A stretch of DNA of 64,000 bases from Desulfomicrobium sp. (lineage in GTDB: Bacteria; Desulfobacterota; Desulfovibrionia; Desulfovibrionales; Desulfomicrobiaceae), in the NCBI GenBank assembly GCA_040768745.1, contig JAXGMI010000001.1, forward strand, positions 1,024,001 through 1,088,000. The letters run 5' to 3'. Below the pieces are notes generated by a model. That model made no database searches. It was not told the origin of the DNA and was given only the letters and a program-made list of their open reading frames with translations. Shown piece after piece: positions 63,767-64,000 of this stretch; the first letter of the stretch is position 1, and every line of letters starts with the position of its first letter. The position numbers and the translations under genes were made by a program.

Positions 63767-63794
63767 GGCGCGCACCAGGTCTGCGGGAGGGGTA

Positions 63795-64000
63795 ATGCGA
63801 CTGAGTCCTGGACAGAAGTCATTGCTGGTAAGGATGGTCAGGAGACATCTTGGTCCAAAGTCGGAAGTGTACCTTTTTGGGTCGCGTCTTGATGATACGC
63901 TCAAAGGCGGGGATGTTGACATCCTGGTCGATGTCGAAAAGCCAGTGCCGCGGATTACGCATGCACGCCTTGTGCTGGATCTTGAGGAGGCACTCGGACT
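63795..64000 (+). CDS. MNT nucleotidyltransferase, truncated by the window end
   Basis: Not in ORF track. Manual translation MRLSPGQKSLL...YLFGSRLDDTLKGGDVDILV; GGGAGG RBS. Confidence 0.85.
   Translation, partial: MRLSPGQKSLLVRMVRRHLGPKSEVYLFGSRLDDTLKGGDVDILVDVEKPVPRITHARLVLDLEEALG

Overview
GC-rich bacterial chromosome segment. Gene content and order suggest a sulfate-reducing Desulfovibrionales (Desulfomicrobium-like) organism; this is an inference, not a database result. About 57 kb is mostly housekeeping: a truncated UDG-family gene, patatin, M16 peptidase, an frdCAB-fumarase-malic enzyme operon, copA, carB-purF-kdsD-PBP1A, coaX-eno-folD, a sigma54 activator/TPR/MEMO operon, sfsA, hslO, a purine-nucleoside ABC-gpt-nikR-folE2 operon, split rdgC, GH57, trmFO, a P-type ATPase, an nhaA-like gene and RNA-modification genes. 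The last ~6.7 kb (57.3-64 kb) is the start of a variable surface-polysaccharide locus (comEA, gmd, fcl). It is interleaved with five nucleotidyltransferase (MNT)-domain genes, one HEPN toxin and an AAA/DUF4143 ATPase. Most notable: (1) a diverged second copy of the fcl 3' end precedes another MNT gene, suggesting cassettes stacked via sugar-gene tails; (2) an intact NhaA homolog lacks the ion-binding Asp163/Asp164 and has a possible riboswitch-like leader; (3) a ribbon-helix-helix/PilZ fusion; (4) REP-like palindromes carrying nested micro-insertions. No tRNA, rRNA, CRISPR array, integrase or transposase was recognised.
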